Assembly: GCA_900548675.1 (NCBI GenBank)
Contig: URLJ01000001.1
Coordinates: 9,012-73,011 of the forward strand
Direction: 5' to 3'
Length of the DNA: 64,000 bases
Source of the DNA: an uncultured Mollicutes bacterium
GTDB taxonomy: Bacteria > Bacillota_I > Bacilli_A > ML615J-28 > CAG-313
Part shown: positions 36,718-47,031 of the stretch, one piece after another
Numbering within the stretch: position 1 is the stretch's first letter
Layout: each line of letters opens with the position of its first letter
The notes under the pieces: model-generated
Databases searched by the model: none
What the model saw: the letters and a program-made list of their open reading frames with translations, nothing else
Told to the model about the DNA's origin: nothing
Translations under genes and position numbers: made by a program

Positions 36718-36742
36718 AAAGAAAAGAATTGGAGGAGATTAA

Positions 36743-37237
36743 ATGAAAATTAAATTATATACAGATGGTGGTTGTAGAGGAAATGGTAATGATGCAAATG
36801 CACCAGCTGGTATTGGATGTGTATTATTAATACCAGATGAACAACCTATTTATTGCAAAGAAAAACTAAAATTTAAACCAAATACTAACAATAAAGCTGA
36901 AATTTATGCAATGATAAGAGGTTTTAGTTTAATTAGACAATATTGTTCAAGTTGGCTTACAGAAAAATTTGCGAAAGATGATTTAATTATTTATAGTGAT
37001 TCAGCTTATACAATTAATGGAATAACAAATTGGATTAATGGTTGGCGCGCAAACGGTTGGATGACAGCATCAAAAACACCAGTTAAAAACAAAGAATTAT
37101 GGCAAACGTTAGATAGCGAAATAGAAGATTTAAAACAATATTTTAATATTCAATTTGAAAAAGTAAAAGGTCATGCAGGAGACCAATGGAATGAAAAATG
37201 TGATGAATTAGCAAATTCTGCAATGGATGGAGTGTAG
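36743..37237 (+). CDS. rnhA: Ribonuclease H (RNase HI family)
   Basis: YTDGGCRGNG ... EIYAM ... IYSDSAY ... GHAGDQWNEKCDELA catalytic motifs. Confidence 0.85.
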   Translation: MKIKLYTDGGCRGNGNDANAPAGIGCVLLIPDEQPIYCKEKLKFKPNTNNKAEIYAMIRGFSLIRQYCSSWLTEKFAKDDLIIYSDSAYTINGITNWINGWRANGWMTASKTPVKNKELWQTLDSEIEDLKQYFNIQFEKVKGHAGDQWNEKCDELANSAMDGV

Positions 37238-37245
37238 GAGGATAA

Positions 37246-37713
37246 ATGGCAATAAAAGAATGTATAATATGTGGAGCAATTATGAAAGACGTGCGTTCTG
37301 ATAGAAAATATTGTTCGCAAAAATGTAAAAATTCGGCAGCGTGGAAGAATAAAAATAAATCAAGAGTAAAAATATGTGAATATTGTGGAAAAGAATTTGA
37401 ACCATTAAAATATGGTACCACTCGCAATTATTGTTTTGAATGTGTACCTGAAACTTTTAAAAGTGGTAGCCAACTAAGAAGAAAATTTAAAGAATGGGCT
37501 TTACAATACAAAGGCGGTCAATGTGAAAATTGTGGATATAATAAATGTTCTAGTGCTTTAGACTTTCATCATAAAGACAAAGCTCAAAAAGATTTTTCTA
37601 TAAGTGATAGAAATCTTACATTGCATTGGAGTGAAATAAAAAAAGAATTAGATAAATGTTCTTTATTGTGCGCAAATTGCCATAGAGAAGAACATGCAAA
37701 GGGGGAATTATAA
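37246..37713 (+). CDS. Zinc-finger / HNH-like nuclease
   Basis: Multiple CxxC pairs and C-terminal DFHHKD...CANCHREEH. Confidence 0.45.
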   Translation: MAIKECIICGAIMKDVRSDRKYCSQKCKNSAAWKNKNKSRVKICEYCGKEFEPLKYGTTRNYCFECVPETFKSGSQLRRKFKEWALQYKGGQCENCGYNKCSSALDFHHKDKAQKDFSISDRNLTLHWSEIKKELDKCSLLCANCHREEHAKGEL

Positions 37714-37716
37714 TTT

Positions 37717-38662
37717 ATGCCAGAATTAATTTTAGTAGTTGGTTTACCTCGGCAGTGGTAAATCAACTTGGGTAAGAAATAATTTTTTATATGATAGATT
37801 ATACAGAGGCGGAATAACTATGTTGTCTTCTGATGACGTTAGAAAACAATTATTTAAAGATGAAAATGACCAAACTCATAACGAAGAAGTTTTTCAATAT
37901 ATTAAAGATACAGCAGTTTCAAAATTAGAATTAGGCCATAAAGTAATTATAGATGCAACTAATTTAACTCGTAAATCAAGAAAAGCAATTACAGATTATG
38001 TTGAACAAAAAATTAGCGGTTTTTATGATTTTGGTTATATTCGTTTTGTTGTAATTGCTACTCCTTATTTTAAATGTTTAGAAAATAATAGAAAAAGAAG
38101 TAGACAAGTACCAGAAGAAGTAATTACAAGAATGTATAAATATTTTGAATTTCCAACTTATATGGAGACTGTTCATAAAATTGATATAGTTTATCCTTTT
38201 AAAATTGATAAAGAGCTATATGGAGCAAATCCAGCTTACAAAATTTTAGAAGATTATCCACATGAAACACCTTATCATAAAATGACAGTTGGACATCATA
38301 TGGAAGAAACATATAATGTAATGAAAGTAATGTCTAATAATAGAGTTATGTTAAGTGCGGCAGAATTACATGATATCGGCAAACCATTTTGTAAACAATA
38401 TATTGAAGAAGAAAATGGTACTAAACGCGCGAGATTTTTAAATCACGCAAATGTAGGAAGTTACGAAGCTATGTTTTATGCAAAACAAAGAAAATTTACA
38501 GCAGAAGAAACATATGAGCTTTGTAATTTAATTCAATTTCATATGCGCCCTTATGATTTAGAAGATAATGATAAAAGTATTTTAAAATTAAAAAACACAA
38601 TAGGAGAAAAATTATATTATAAATTATTAATGTTGAATATTGCAGATAAGGAGGGGCACTAA
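37717..38662 (+). pseudogene. P-loop kinase + HD-domain phosphohydrolase (polynucleotide-kinase/phosphatase-like); reading frame broken inside the Walker A motif
   Basis: ATG 37717 gives MPELILVVGLP then a stop; the next frame continues (TTG 37739) ...GSGKSTWVRNNF...; a single extra C in cctcggcagtgg separates GLP from GSGKST. C-terminal HD motifs HHMEETYNVMKV and AAELHDIGKPF. Confidence 0.55.
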
Positions 38663-38844
38663 TGGAAATTATTAAACACGGAAACACAATGATAAATGCA
38701 AAATGTTTGCGCTGCGGTTGTGAATTTCGTTTTTCTAAAAGTGAAGAAAAACATACTTATATAAGCAATCCTTTTGATTATCAAATGTTTGATTCTTATT
38801 ATTATATTAATTGCCCTGAATGCGGAGCAGAAATTAGACCATAA
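38662..38844 (+). CDS. Zinc-ribbon hypothetical protein
   Basis: CLRCGC ... CPECG. Confidence 0.5.
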   Translation: MEIIKHGNTMINAKCLRCGCEFRFSKSEEKHTYISNPFDYQMFDSYYYINCPECGAEIRP

Positions 38845-38855
38845 AGGAGAAAAAA

Positions 38856-39139
38856 TGAGTAATTTAGTTTATTATAAAGATAATATATTAAGCAAAATAC
38901 AAGAAATTAAAGATTTAGAAGCAATGGAAGATTGGATAAGACAATTTTGTTTAGACGAACAAAATGTAAAATTATCTATTGGTTTTCTTTCTCCGAAATT
39001 AAAAATTTCTAAATATACCTTATTAAATTTAATAGAAGAAAGAAAAGATTATAATCAAACAATGATAGATAAATATTTAAAATTAAGTTTTAAAGAAAAA
39101 CAGGAGGTAAAAGATGGAATTAACGAAAAGTCAAATTAA
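38856..39139 (+). CDS. Hypothetical protein (start MSNLVYYKD after the RBS aaaggag)
   Basis: The track ORF starts at 38774; the RBS supports 38856. Confidence 0.5.
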
Positions 39140-40028
39140 ATTGCGTAAAGCAGTTACTGAAAGTTTCGCCGCAGTTGAGAAATTAGGTTATACAGTTTTG
39201 TTTGTTGGAAATTATGGTTCACATAATTACAATTTAGAAGTAAACAACAGTTTTTATCAGTCTGATATAGATACAAAAGCAATTATTTTACCAACTCTTG
39301 ATGAGTTAATTTCTAATCGAGCACCTGTTTCTACAACAATTGAAACAAAATATGGTCAATGTGATATTAAAGATATTAGAGTGTTTATGCAAACTTTGAT
39401 TAAAGCTAATATTCAATTTTTAGAACTGTTGCGTGCGAATGCAGTAATGGTTAATCAAAAATACTATGATGATTTCAAATGGTTTATTGAACATTTGGAA
39501 GAATTAATTAAAGGTTCTCAACCTCAACTATTAAAATCGGTTTATGGAATGTCAATGGAAAAGAAAAAAGCACTGTGTCATCCATATCCAACAACTAAAT
39601 GGAAAATTGACCAATGGGGTTATGATGGAAAACAATTACATCATATTTTAAGATTAAAAGATTTTATTGCAAATTATTTTTATAACGGGCAAAATTTTCA
39701 AGATGCTATTAGATATAATAAAGATAGCGCTCAATATGCAATATTAATGGATGCTAAATTAAATCGCTATAGCCTAACACAAGCTAAAGAAATGGCAGAT
39801 TTTTATTGTCATACTATCAAAGAGTGGATTGATGAATTATTATTAACCACTATTGAGAATAAAGAAATTAAACAACAATATTTAGATAAAGCAAATGAAG
39901 TAATTAAAAAAGCTGTTATAGACAGTATAAAAAAGGAGGAAGCTAATGAAAATAATAGGGATAGCTGGCCACGCAGAGTGTGGCAAAACTACTTTGTCAA
40001 ATTTTATCAAAGCCGCACTAGAACGTAG
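39114..40028 (+). CDS. Nucleotidyltransferase-fold (Pol-beta superfamily) protein
   Basis: VGNYGSHNYNLEVNNSFYQSDID is a GS...DxD nucleotidyltransferase signature; the C-terminal 27 codons overlap the next gene. Confidence 0.5.
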   Translation: MELTKSQIKLRKAVTESFAAVEKLGYTVLFVGNYGSHNYNLEVNNSFYQSDIDTKAIILPTLDELISNRAPVSTTIETKYGQCDIKDIRVFMQTLIKANIQFLELLRANAVMVNQKYYDDFKWFIEHLEELIKGSQPQLLKSVYGMSMEKKKALCHPYPTTKWKIDQWGYDGKQLHHILRLKDFIANYFYNGQNFQDAIRYNKDSAQYAILMDAKLNRYSLTQAKEMADFYCHTIKEWIDELLLTTIENKEIKQQYLDKANEVIKKAVIDSIKKEEANENNRDSWPRRVWQNYFVKFYQSRTRT

Positions 40029-40497
40029 ACATTATAGAGTTTTAATGATTAATTATGCAGACTTTGTTAAATTTATAGCAACAAAGTATTATAATTGGGA
40101 TGGAATAAAAGACGAAAAAGGACGCGCATTACTTCAACATATTGGAACAGAACAAGGAAGAGAAAATGTAGATGAAAATATATGGGTTGATATGGTTATC
40201 AATGTTATTAAAGTTGCTAAACACGATTATGACATTGCAATTATAGCTGACTGTCGTTTTCCAAATGAATTTGATAGATGGGCGGAAGAAGGATACGATA
40301 TAATGAAAATTAAAATTGAAAGAGATGGACATCAAAATCATTTAACAGAAGAACAAAGACAACACCCAAGTGAAACAGCATTAGATAATTATACAGAAGG
40401 TATAATTACAATAAAAAATTTAGCGAGCTTAGATGACTTAGACCAACTAGCGGAAGATTTTATTAATTGTCATTTTGAAAACGGTTTTAAAAATTGA
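39946..40497 (+). CDS. Deoxynucleoside monophosphate kinase (T4 gp1-like P-loop kinase)
   Basis: P-loop GIAGHAECGKTT, LQHIGTEQGREN, IADCRFPNEFDRWAEEG; layout similar to T4 dNMP kinase. Confidence 0.6.
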   Translation: MKIIGIAGHAECGKTTLSNFIKAALERRHYRVLMINYADFVKFIATKYYNWDGIKDEKGRALLQHIGTEQGRENVDENIWVDMVINVIKVAKHDYDIAIIADCRFPNEFDRWAEEGYDIMKIKIERDGHQNHLTEEQRQHPSETALDNYTEGIITIKNLASLDDLDQLAEDFINCHFENGFKN

Positions 40498-40552
40498 CTT
40501 TCAGAAGAAATTATAGTATAATTATATTATAAACAATGAAAGGAGATTTAAA

Positions 40553-41671
40553 ATGGATATAAATTTATTTGATTTAAAACCAGAAAAAATATATGGATTA
40601 AAAGCAAATGAAGATTTGAAACAAGAAAAAATTAACAGATGTGTTGAATCTGGGAATTATGTTGCAAGTCTTAAAAAAGATGGACAATATCATAGATATG
40701 TAAATTACGAAGGTGAAATTAAAATGCAAACAAGAGGTACAAGCGTAAAAACTGGAACTTATGGAGAAGTACAGGAAAAAGTACCTCACATTATGGAATT
40801 TTTAGATAGAGTAGTCCCAAAAAACTCTTTATTAGTTGGTGAACTTTATAGACCAGGTTGGACAACAAATGAAGTTGGAAGCATTTTAAGATGTTTACCA
40901 GCTAAAGCTATTTCAAGACAAAAAGAAACTCCATTAATTTTTTATATTCACGATGTTTGGTATTGGAACGGAGAAAACTTTATGATAAAAACAAAAGAAG
41001 AGAGAAATAAAAAATTAATCGAAATTAGAGATGAAATAACTCATAATGAAGGCATGATTGATTATATTGAATTTGCAAGTTATGTAGATACTGTTAAAGA
41101 AATAAAAGAATTAATTGATTATGCATTTGACAACGACGAAGAAGGAGTTGTTTTAACTCTTAAAAATTCTATTGTAAATCCTGGCGCGAAAACTGCTTGG
41201 AAAACACTAAAAATTAAAAAAGAATTACAAGATGATGCAGATGTCTTTATGACGGGAAAATATAAAAATCCTGAGAAATTTTATATGGGCAAAGAAATTT
41301 ACAATTGGGAATATTGGATGAATGAAAAAACAGGAGAGTTTTTATTAGGAAAACATTATAAAGATTATTTAGATGGTGCTACAATTGTAGCAGTAACTAA
41401 ACCTTTCTTTTATGGTTGGCCAGGCTCTGTTGAAATTGCAGTTTTAGATGAAAATAATCAAAGAGTTCCAATCGGTTGGATTTCAGGATTAACAGATGAG
41501 CTAAAAGAAGATTTCATTCAAAACAACAATCAATATATTGATAGAGTTTGTAGAGTTCAAGCAATGGAAACAACAGAAGATTTTAAACTTCGTCATGCAA
41601 AGTTTATGGGATTTAGAGACGATATTACAATTGAAGATTGTACTTTTGATAAAATTTTTAAAAGGAGTTAA
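40553..41671 (+). CDS. ATP-dependent ligase (KxDG nucleotidyltransferase; probably DNA ligase)
   Basis: Motif I LKKDGQY, motif IV EGVVLTLK, motif V KTLKIKK. Confidence 0.6.
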   Translation: MDINLFDLKPEKIYGLKANEDLKQEKINRCVESGNYVASLKKDGQYHRYVNYEGEIKMQTRGTSVKTGTYGEVQEKVPHIMEFLDRVVPKNSLLVGELYRPGWTTNEVGSILRCLPAKAISRQKETPLIFYIHDVWYWNGENFMIKTKEERNKKLIEIRDEITHNEGMIDYIEFASYVDTVKEIKELIDYAFDNDEEGVVLTLKNSIVNPGAKTAWKTLKIKKELQDDADVFMTGKYKNPEKFYMGKEIYNWEYWMNEKTGEFLLGKHYKDYLDGATIVAVTKPFFYGWPGSVEIAVLDENNQRVPIGWISGLTDELKEDFIQNNNQYIDRVCRVQAMETTEDFKLRHAKFMGFRDDITIEDCTFDKIFKRS

Positions 41672-41673
41672 TT

Positions 41674-41889
41674 ATGTTTGGTGTCGAAAAAGAAAAGAAA
41701 ATGAAGTATATTGGGTCAAATGAAAAAACAGAATTAAAAAATGGTGAAATTTATCCAGTTGTAATAGAACATCACTTTTTTTCAAAACGATTAACAGCTT
41801 GGATTTTTTTACCTCAAACAGAACAAGTAATAACAAGACTTTACAAAAATAGATATTATTTAAGTTTAAATTGGAGAGGAGAAGAATAA
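41674..41889 (+). CDS. Hypothetical protein
   Basis: ORF. Confidence 0.5.
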   Translation: MFGVEKEKKMKYIGSNEKTELKNGEIYPVVIEHHFFSKRLTAWIFLPQTEQVITRLYKNRYYLSLNWRGEE

Positions 41890-42062
41890 TGGGCGTAAAA
41901 TATAAAATTAGTAAAAAAATGTATGAATGCATTAGAGACCAAGATTTTGGAGATACAAAAAATAAAAAGAGAAATAAACCGTTAAACAAAAAAGAAATTT
42001 TAGCTTATATGAACCAACATTTTGGTTTAAAAGAAGAAATAGTTGATATTAGTATAATATAA
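41889..42062 (+). CDS. Small hypothetical protein (start MGVKYKISKK)
   Basis: RBS ggagaggag. Confidence 0.45.
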   Translation: MGVKYKISKKMYECIRDQDFGDTKNKKRNKPLNKKEILAYMNQHFGLKEEIVDISII

Positions 42063-42099
42063 TGAACTGGCGCGAAGCTGGTTCTTTTTTATTTAAAAC

Positions 42100-42128
42100 T
42101 TGATTTTATGTGAAAATTTTGTTATACT
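42100..42128 (+). promoter_or_regulatory. sigma70 promoter (TTGATT-17-TATACT, TG-extended)
   Basis: ttgatt, then ttatgtgaaaattttgt, then tatact. Confidence 0.55.
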
Positions 42129-42159
42129 TATTATAGTTTAAATAGAATGGAGGAATAAA

Positions 42160-44013
42160 ATGGCTACAAATTATGGTATTAACGATATAGAAACATTGTC
42201 ATTTAGAGATGGAATTAGGAAAAGAATAGCAATGTATTTAGGAAGTGCTGATATGCAAGGTGTTTATAATGCTATTCAAGAAATTATCTCTAACTCAATT
42301 GACGAATTTTATATGGGGTACGGAAAAGAAATAGAAATTTCATTAGATGGGAATACAGTAACTGTAAACGATTATGCCAGAGGCGTTCCTTTTGGGGTAA
42401 AAGATGATGGAAGCAATGTTCTTGTAGACATTTATTCTAAGCCTCATACTGGCGGAAAATTTAATGATAAAGTTTATAATTCTGTTGCAGGTCTTAATGG
42501 AATTGGAGCAAAAGCAACTTGTTTAAGTTCAAAAAAATTTAAAGTCGTTTCTTATAGAGATGGAATATGTGCAACAGCAGTTTTTGAAGAAGGAAATTTA
42601 ATTTCTTATAAAGAAGAGAAAAACGCGCGAAAAACTAACGGAACAACAGTTAAATTCATACCAGATGAGCAAGTTTTTAACTTAGAACCAATTGAAATTG
42701 AGTTTGAAAAATTATGTAATACTTGTAAAAACTTATCTTATTTAACAAAAGGCTTAACTTTTAAATTAGAAAATTGCAAAACTGGTAAAAAAGTAAGTTA
42801 TTGCGCGAAAAACGGATTATTAGATTTAATAGATGACAAGGCAACAGATGTAATTCACGACCATCCTTTTTATTATCAATTAAAAGATGGGCAAAACGAA
42901 GTAGAAATTGCTTTACAATGGACAAAAGGAAAAGAAAAAATTTATGTTTTTACAAATGGTTTGGAAAACATCGAAGGTGGAACAAGTTTAACTGGTTTAA
43001 AAACAGCTATAACTCGTAACTTAAATAAAGAATTTAAAAAGAATTTTAGTGGAGAGATGGCGCGAACAGGATTGGTTGCAGCAATTTCTTGTAAAACACC
43101 AAATCCTTCTTTTGCAAATCAAACAAAAACAAAAATTAACAATCCAGAATTAAGACAATTAGCCGATAGAGCGTTTAGTGATTATTTTAGAATTTATGTA
43201 AAACAATATGCGCAAGACGCAGAAGCAATAAAAGAATTTTTATCTAAAGAAGAGAAAGCTGAAGAAGCCGCAGATAGAGCAAGAGCAGCAGTAATAAATG
43301 CACAAGCAAAAATAGCTAATTCAAGAAGTAAGAAAACTGTAATGCCAGAAAAATTAAAAGATGCTGAATTTTTAGGAGATAATTCTATGTTATTAATTGT
43401 AGAAGGAAATTCAGCTATGGCAGGTTTAGCAACTGGTAGAGATACAGAAAAATATGGTTTATTAGCAATTCGTGGTAAAATTCGTAATTTATTATCTTGT
43501 CCACTTGAAGAAGGATTAGAAAATGAAGAAGTACAATCAATTTTAACAGCTCTTGGCTGTGGAATTTTAGATAAATACGATAGTAAGAAATTAAGATACG
43601 GCAAAGTTGGTATAGCAGTTGACGCTGACGACGATGGTTGTCATATTGCTTGTCTAATTATGAGTCTGTTTAAAGCTTTAATGCCAGAATTTATTGAAGA
43701 AGGTAGATTATGTTGGCTAAAAGCACCATTATATAAAGTACAAAAAGGAAAAACAAATCATTATTTTTATGACGATGAAGAATTAATAGCTAGTGGAATT
43801 AAAGGTGAGCAAACTAGATATAAAGGACTTGGTGAAATGGGAGCAATGGATGTAAAAGAAAGTATGTTTAGTTCTGCAAATCAAAGAGTAGAAGTTTTAA
43901 TTCCAGATGACAATAGTTTCTTCCGTTTAGAAGAGCTAATGGGTCCACGAGTAGAACCTCGTAAAGAGTTTGTGTTCTCTGGTGCTATTGATTTTAGTAA
44001 AATTGTTGATTAA
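42160..44013 (+). CDS. Type IIA DNA topoisomerase ATPase subunit (GyrB/ParE / T4 gp39-like)
   Basis: GHKL ATPase N-terminus and Toprim EGNSAMAG ... DADDDG. Confidence 0.9.
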   Translation: MATNYGINDIETLSFRDGIRKRIAMYLGSADMQGVYNAIQEIISNSIDEFYMGYGKEIEISLDGNTVTVNDYARGVPFGVKDDGSNVLVDIYSKPHTGGKFNDKVYNSVAGLNGIGAKATCLSSKKFKVVSYRDGICATAVFEEGNLISYKEEKNARKTNGTTVKFIPDEQVFNLEPIEIEFEKLCNTCKNLSYLTKGLTFKLENCKTGKKVSYCAKNGLLDLIDDKATDVIHDHPFYYQLKDGQNEVEIALQWTKGKEKIYVFTNGLENIEGGTSLTGLKTAITRNLNKEFKKNFSGEMARTGLVAAISCKTPNPSFANQTKTKINNPELRQLADRAFSDYFRIYVKQYAQDAEAIKEFLSKEEKAEEAADRARAAVINAQAKIANSRSKKTVMPEKLKDAEFLGDNSMLLIVEGNSAMAGLATGRDTEKYGLLAIRGKIRNLLSCPLEEGLENEEVQSILTALGCGILDKYDSKKLRYGKVGIAVDADDDGCHIACLIMSLFKALMPEFIEEGRLCWLKAPLYKVQKGKTNHYFYDDEELIASGIKGEQTRYKGLGEMGAMDVKESMFSSANQRVEVLIPDDNSFFRLEELMGPRVEPRKEFVFSGAIDFSKIVD

Positions 44014-44014
44014 A

Positions 44015-44043
44015 AAGTTGATTTTTAGTTAGATTTTTATTAT
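44015..44043 (+). promoter_or_regulatory. sigma70 promoter (TTGATT-17-TATAAT)
   Basis: ttgatt, then tttagttagatttttat, then tataat. Confidence 0.55.
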
Positions 44044-44076
44044 AATTATTATAGAAAATAAATAAAGGAGAAACAA

Positions 44077-46470
44077 ATGGGCGAATTAAAGAAAGTTAAT
44101 TTAACAAAAACATTAGAAAATAACTTTGCTAGATACGCAGGTATGGTTATACAAGACAGGGCAATTGTTGACGTTCGTGACGGTTTAAAACCGGCAGCAA
44201 GACAATTAGCTTATGCACAATATATAGACAAATTGACTTATGATAAACCTTTTAAGAAAGCTACAAAATCGGTAGCCTCAGGTATGTCTCATTTTTATGT
44301 TCACGGTGATGCAAGTGCTTACTCAACTCTTATAAGAATGGGTAAACCATTTGCAATGCGTTATCCTCTTGAAGCAGTTCAAGGTTCTTATGGTAATCAA
44401 ATGGAAAACGATAACGAAGCAGCGTCAAGATATGTAGAAATGAAATTATCTGAATTAGGTACTCATTTATTTAACTCTATTGAAAAAAATACAATTGATA
44501 AAGAGGACTGGCGCGAAAACTATGACGGAACTGAAAAGTATCCAGCTGTTTTGCCTTCAATTGGATTTTACAATTTAGTTCAAGGTTCAACAGGTATAGG
44601 TGTTGCATTAGCAAGCTCTATTCCACAATTTAATTTGAGAGAAATGAATTCTGCTTTAATTAAATTATTGTGGAATAAAGATATTCCTTTTGAAGAAATT
44701 TATTGCGCACCAGACTTTTGTACAGGTGCTACAATAATCAATGGAGAAGAAATTAAAGAGTCAATCAAAAATGGTGTTGGTTCTTCAATTAAATTAAGAG
44801 CAAAAATTGAAAATGATTATCAAAATAGCCAATTAATTGTAACTGAATTGCCTTATGGAGTTTATACAAATACAATTTGTAAACAATTAACAGAAGCTAT
44901 GGAAGAAAATCCTAGTTGCGGAATTGTAAAATTCCTTGACTTAACGGGAACTACACCTTTAATTAAAATTACACTAGAAAAAGGAGCAAACTTTGCAAAA
45001 GTAAAAGAATTTTTATATAAAAATACTTCACTTCAATCTTATTTTAGTGTAAATATGGTTATGTTAAAAGATGGTAAAGTACCACAAATCTTTGGTTTAA
45101 AAGAGGCAATGGTAGAATATCTTGAACATAGCAAAAAAGTTTTGAGAAATCAAATTCAATTTGATTTAGAAAAAGCAAAAGCAAGATTAGAAATTGTAGA
45201 AGGTTATTTAAAAGCTTTGTCTATTATTGATGAAATCGTTGCTTTAATAAAAGCGCAAACAAGTTCAGCAGCAGCTTGTATAGCTCTTATGAATACCTAT
45301 GGTTTTTCAGAAAGACAAGCAAAAGCTATATTAGATTTAAAACTTAATCGTTTAGTTAATATGGAAATTGCTAAAATTCAAGAAGAAAAACGAACTTTAG
45401 AAAGTAAAATAGAGCATTATAATTTGTTATTAACAAATGAAAAAGAATTCTTAACAGTAATTGAGAATAACTTATTAGAAGTAAGTAAAAAATATGGGGA
45501 CGATAGAAGAACAATTATTGATAATGTTAGTGAAGAAGCTCCTATTGTAGAAGAAAAAGCAATTATAGCTTATATTTCAAAAAGAGGCGCAATAATCGCG
45601 CGAGAAATAGGTGAATTATCAGTACAAAAAAGAAATACTGTTGGCTCAAAAATTAAATTTGCAGATAAAAATGATTATATTTGGAAAACAATTGCAGGAA
45701 AAACTACAGAACAAATTTTAATTTTTACTAATTTAGGTAAAAGTTATAATGTTCAATTGTCTGAATTGCCATTAAATGAAGAAACTTACATTAATCAATT
45801 ATTAACTTTAAAAAATGGTGAATTCGTAACTAATATTCTTTCTTATGATAATGCTAAAAAATATCAATATGTAATTTTTGCAACAAAAAATGGCACAGTT
45901 AAAAAGACAGAAATGAAAGAATATTTAAATGGTGCGCGAAAAACAGGCTTAGTTGCATTAAAAGTGCGCGAAGATGATGTGTTAATTAGTACACAACTAA
46001 TAGAAAACGATACTGATAAAGTATTTTTAGCAACCAAAAAAGGAAATTGTTTATTATTAGAACACAATGATTTTTCTGCAACTGGTAGAAATACTATTGG
46101 AGTAAAAGGAATTAATTTATCAGAAGGCGACGAATTAATAACTATGCAAATTGTATCAAACGATACAAAAGAAATATTATCTATAACAGCAAAAGGATAT
46201 GGAAAACGTACTCCAATTGAAGAATTTAGTATTGCTAATCGCGCAACAAAAGGTAATGTGATTTGTAAATACAAAGAAGACAATGACTTTTTAGCAAGTG
46301 CATTATTAGTTTCACATAAAAATAAAACAATAATTGTTAATTCAAAATTATCATCATTAAAATTAGATATTAGTACAATTCCAGTACAAGGTAGAGCAAC
46401 TATCGGAGTGCAAATGATAAAAATGGGAAGTACAAATTTAATTAAAGATGCAATTTTATTTGAAAGTTAA
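44077..46470 (+). CDS. Type IIA DNA topoisomerase subunit A (GyrA/ParC / T4 gp52-like)
   Basis: RDGLKPAARQ and catalytic-Tyr region; C-terminal beta-pinwheel repeats. Confidence 0.9.
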   Translation: MGELKKVNLTKTLENNFARYAGMVIQDRAIVDVRDGLKPAARQLAYAQYIDKLTYDKPFKKATKSVASGMSHFYVHGDASAYSTLIRMGKPFAMRYPLEAVQGSYGNQMENDNEAASRYVEMKLSELGTHLFNSIEKNTIDKEDWRENYDGTEKYPAVLPSIGFYNLVQGSTGIGVALASSIPQFNLREMNSALIKLLWNKDIPFEEIYCAPDFCTGATIINGEEIKESIKNGVGSSIKLRAKIENDYQNSQLIVTELPYGVYTNTICKQLTEAMEENPSCGIVKFLDLTGTTPLIKITLEKGANFAKVKEFLYKNTSLQSYFSVNMVMLKDGKVPQIFGLKEAMVEYLEHSKKVLRNQIQFDLEKAKARLEIVEGYLKALSIIDEIVALIKAQTSSAAACIALMNTYGFSERQAKAILDLKLNRLVNMEIAKIQEEKRTLESKIEHYNLLLTNEKEFLTVIENNLLEVSKKYGDDRRTIIDNVSEEAPIVEEKAIIAYISKRGAIIAREIGELSVQKRNTVGSKIKFADKNDYIWKTIAGKTTEQILIFTNLGKSYNVQLSELPLNEETYINQLLTLKNGEFVTNILSYDNAKKYQYVIFATKNGTVKKTEMKEYLNGARKTGLVALKVREDDVLISTQLIENDTDKVFLATKKGNCLLLEHNDFSATGRNTIGVKGINLSEGDELITMQIVSNDTKEILSITAKGYGKRTPIEEFSIANRATKGNVICKYKEDNDFLASALLVSHKNKTIIVNSKLSSLKLDISTIPVQGRATIGVQMIKMGSTNLIKDAILFES

Positions 46471-46488
46471 AAAGATACTAAAAAATAT

Positions 46489-46517
46489 TTGATTTTTAGA
46501 AAGATTTTTGGTATAAT
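46489..46517 (+). promoter_or_regulatory. sigma70 promoter (TTGATT-17-TATAAT)
   Basis: ttgatt, then tttagaaagatttttgg, then tataat. Confidence 0.55.
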
Positions 46518-46606
46518 AATATTATAGAAAATGAGATGAGAAAATCCCCTCTCACTTCAATTTCAAATTAAATAAATTAAATTAAATTATATGGAGGAAA
46601 ATTAAA

Positions 46607-46897
46607 ATGACAGAAAATTCAAGAAAAGTATTAGAAACATTAAAAGCTCATTATGCAGAGGGAAAACAATGGGAAACAGCTGAATTAGCAGCTGAAGCAG
46701 GAGTATCTTCTCCTACAGTTACAGGTGCTGTAACAGGTATGTGCAAAAAAGGATTTGCTGAAAGAATACCAGCTATGAAAGAAATCAAAATAGTTAAAGA
46801 TGGTGTTGAAGAAGTTAAAGAAAAAGAAATCAAATACATCAAATTAACAGAAGCTGGATACAACTTTGACCCAGATGCAGCTGTAGAAAGCAAATAA
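46607..46897 (+). CDS. Hypothetical protein
   Basis: RBS atggagg. Confidence 0.55.
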   Translation: MTENSRKVLETLKAHYAEGKQWETAELAAEAGVSSPTVTGAVTGMCKKGFAERIPAMKEIKIVKDGVEEVKEKEIKYIKLTEAGYNFDPDAAVESK

Positions 46898-46921
46898 TTT
46901 AATTATAATATAATTCCAAAT

Positions 46922-46962
46922 AAGGGATTTTGAATAGAATAAAACTCAAAATCCCTTTAAAT
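46922..46962 (+). terminator. Terminator-like hairpin
   Basis: aagggattttga ... tcaaaatccctt followed by ttaaatatt. Confidence 0.4.
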
Positions 46963-47031
46963 ATTATAAATTAATAAGTGTAAATAAGTAAATTAAAGAA
47001 AAGAAATTAAAAGTAAAGTGGAGGAAAATTA

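Noticed and set aside
39114-40028. Calling the nucleotidyltransferase a CCA-adding enzyme
   Set aside because: Most phage tRNAs here already encode CCA, and I cannot see the class-II head-domain motifs (GGxVRD) with confidence; kept as a generic Pol-beta-fold nucleotidyltransferase.
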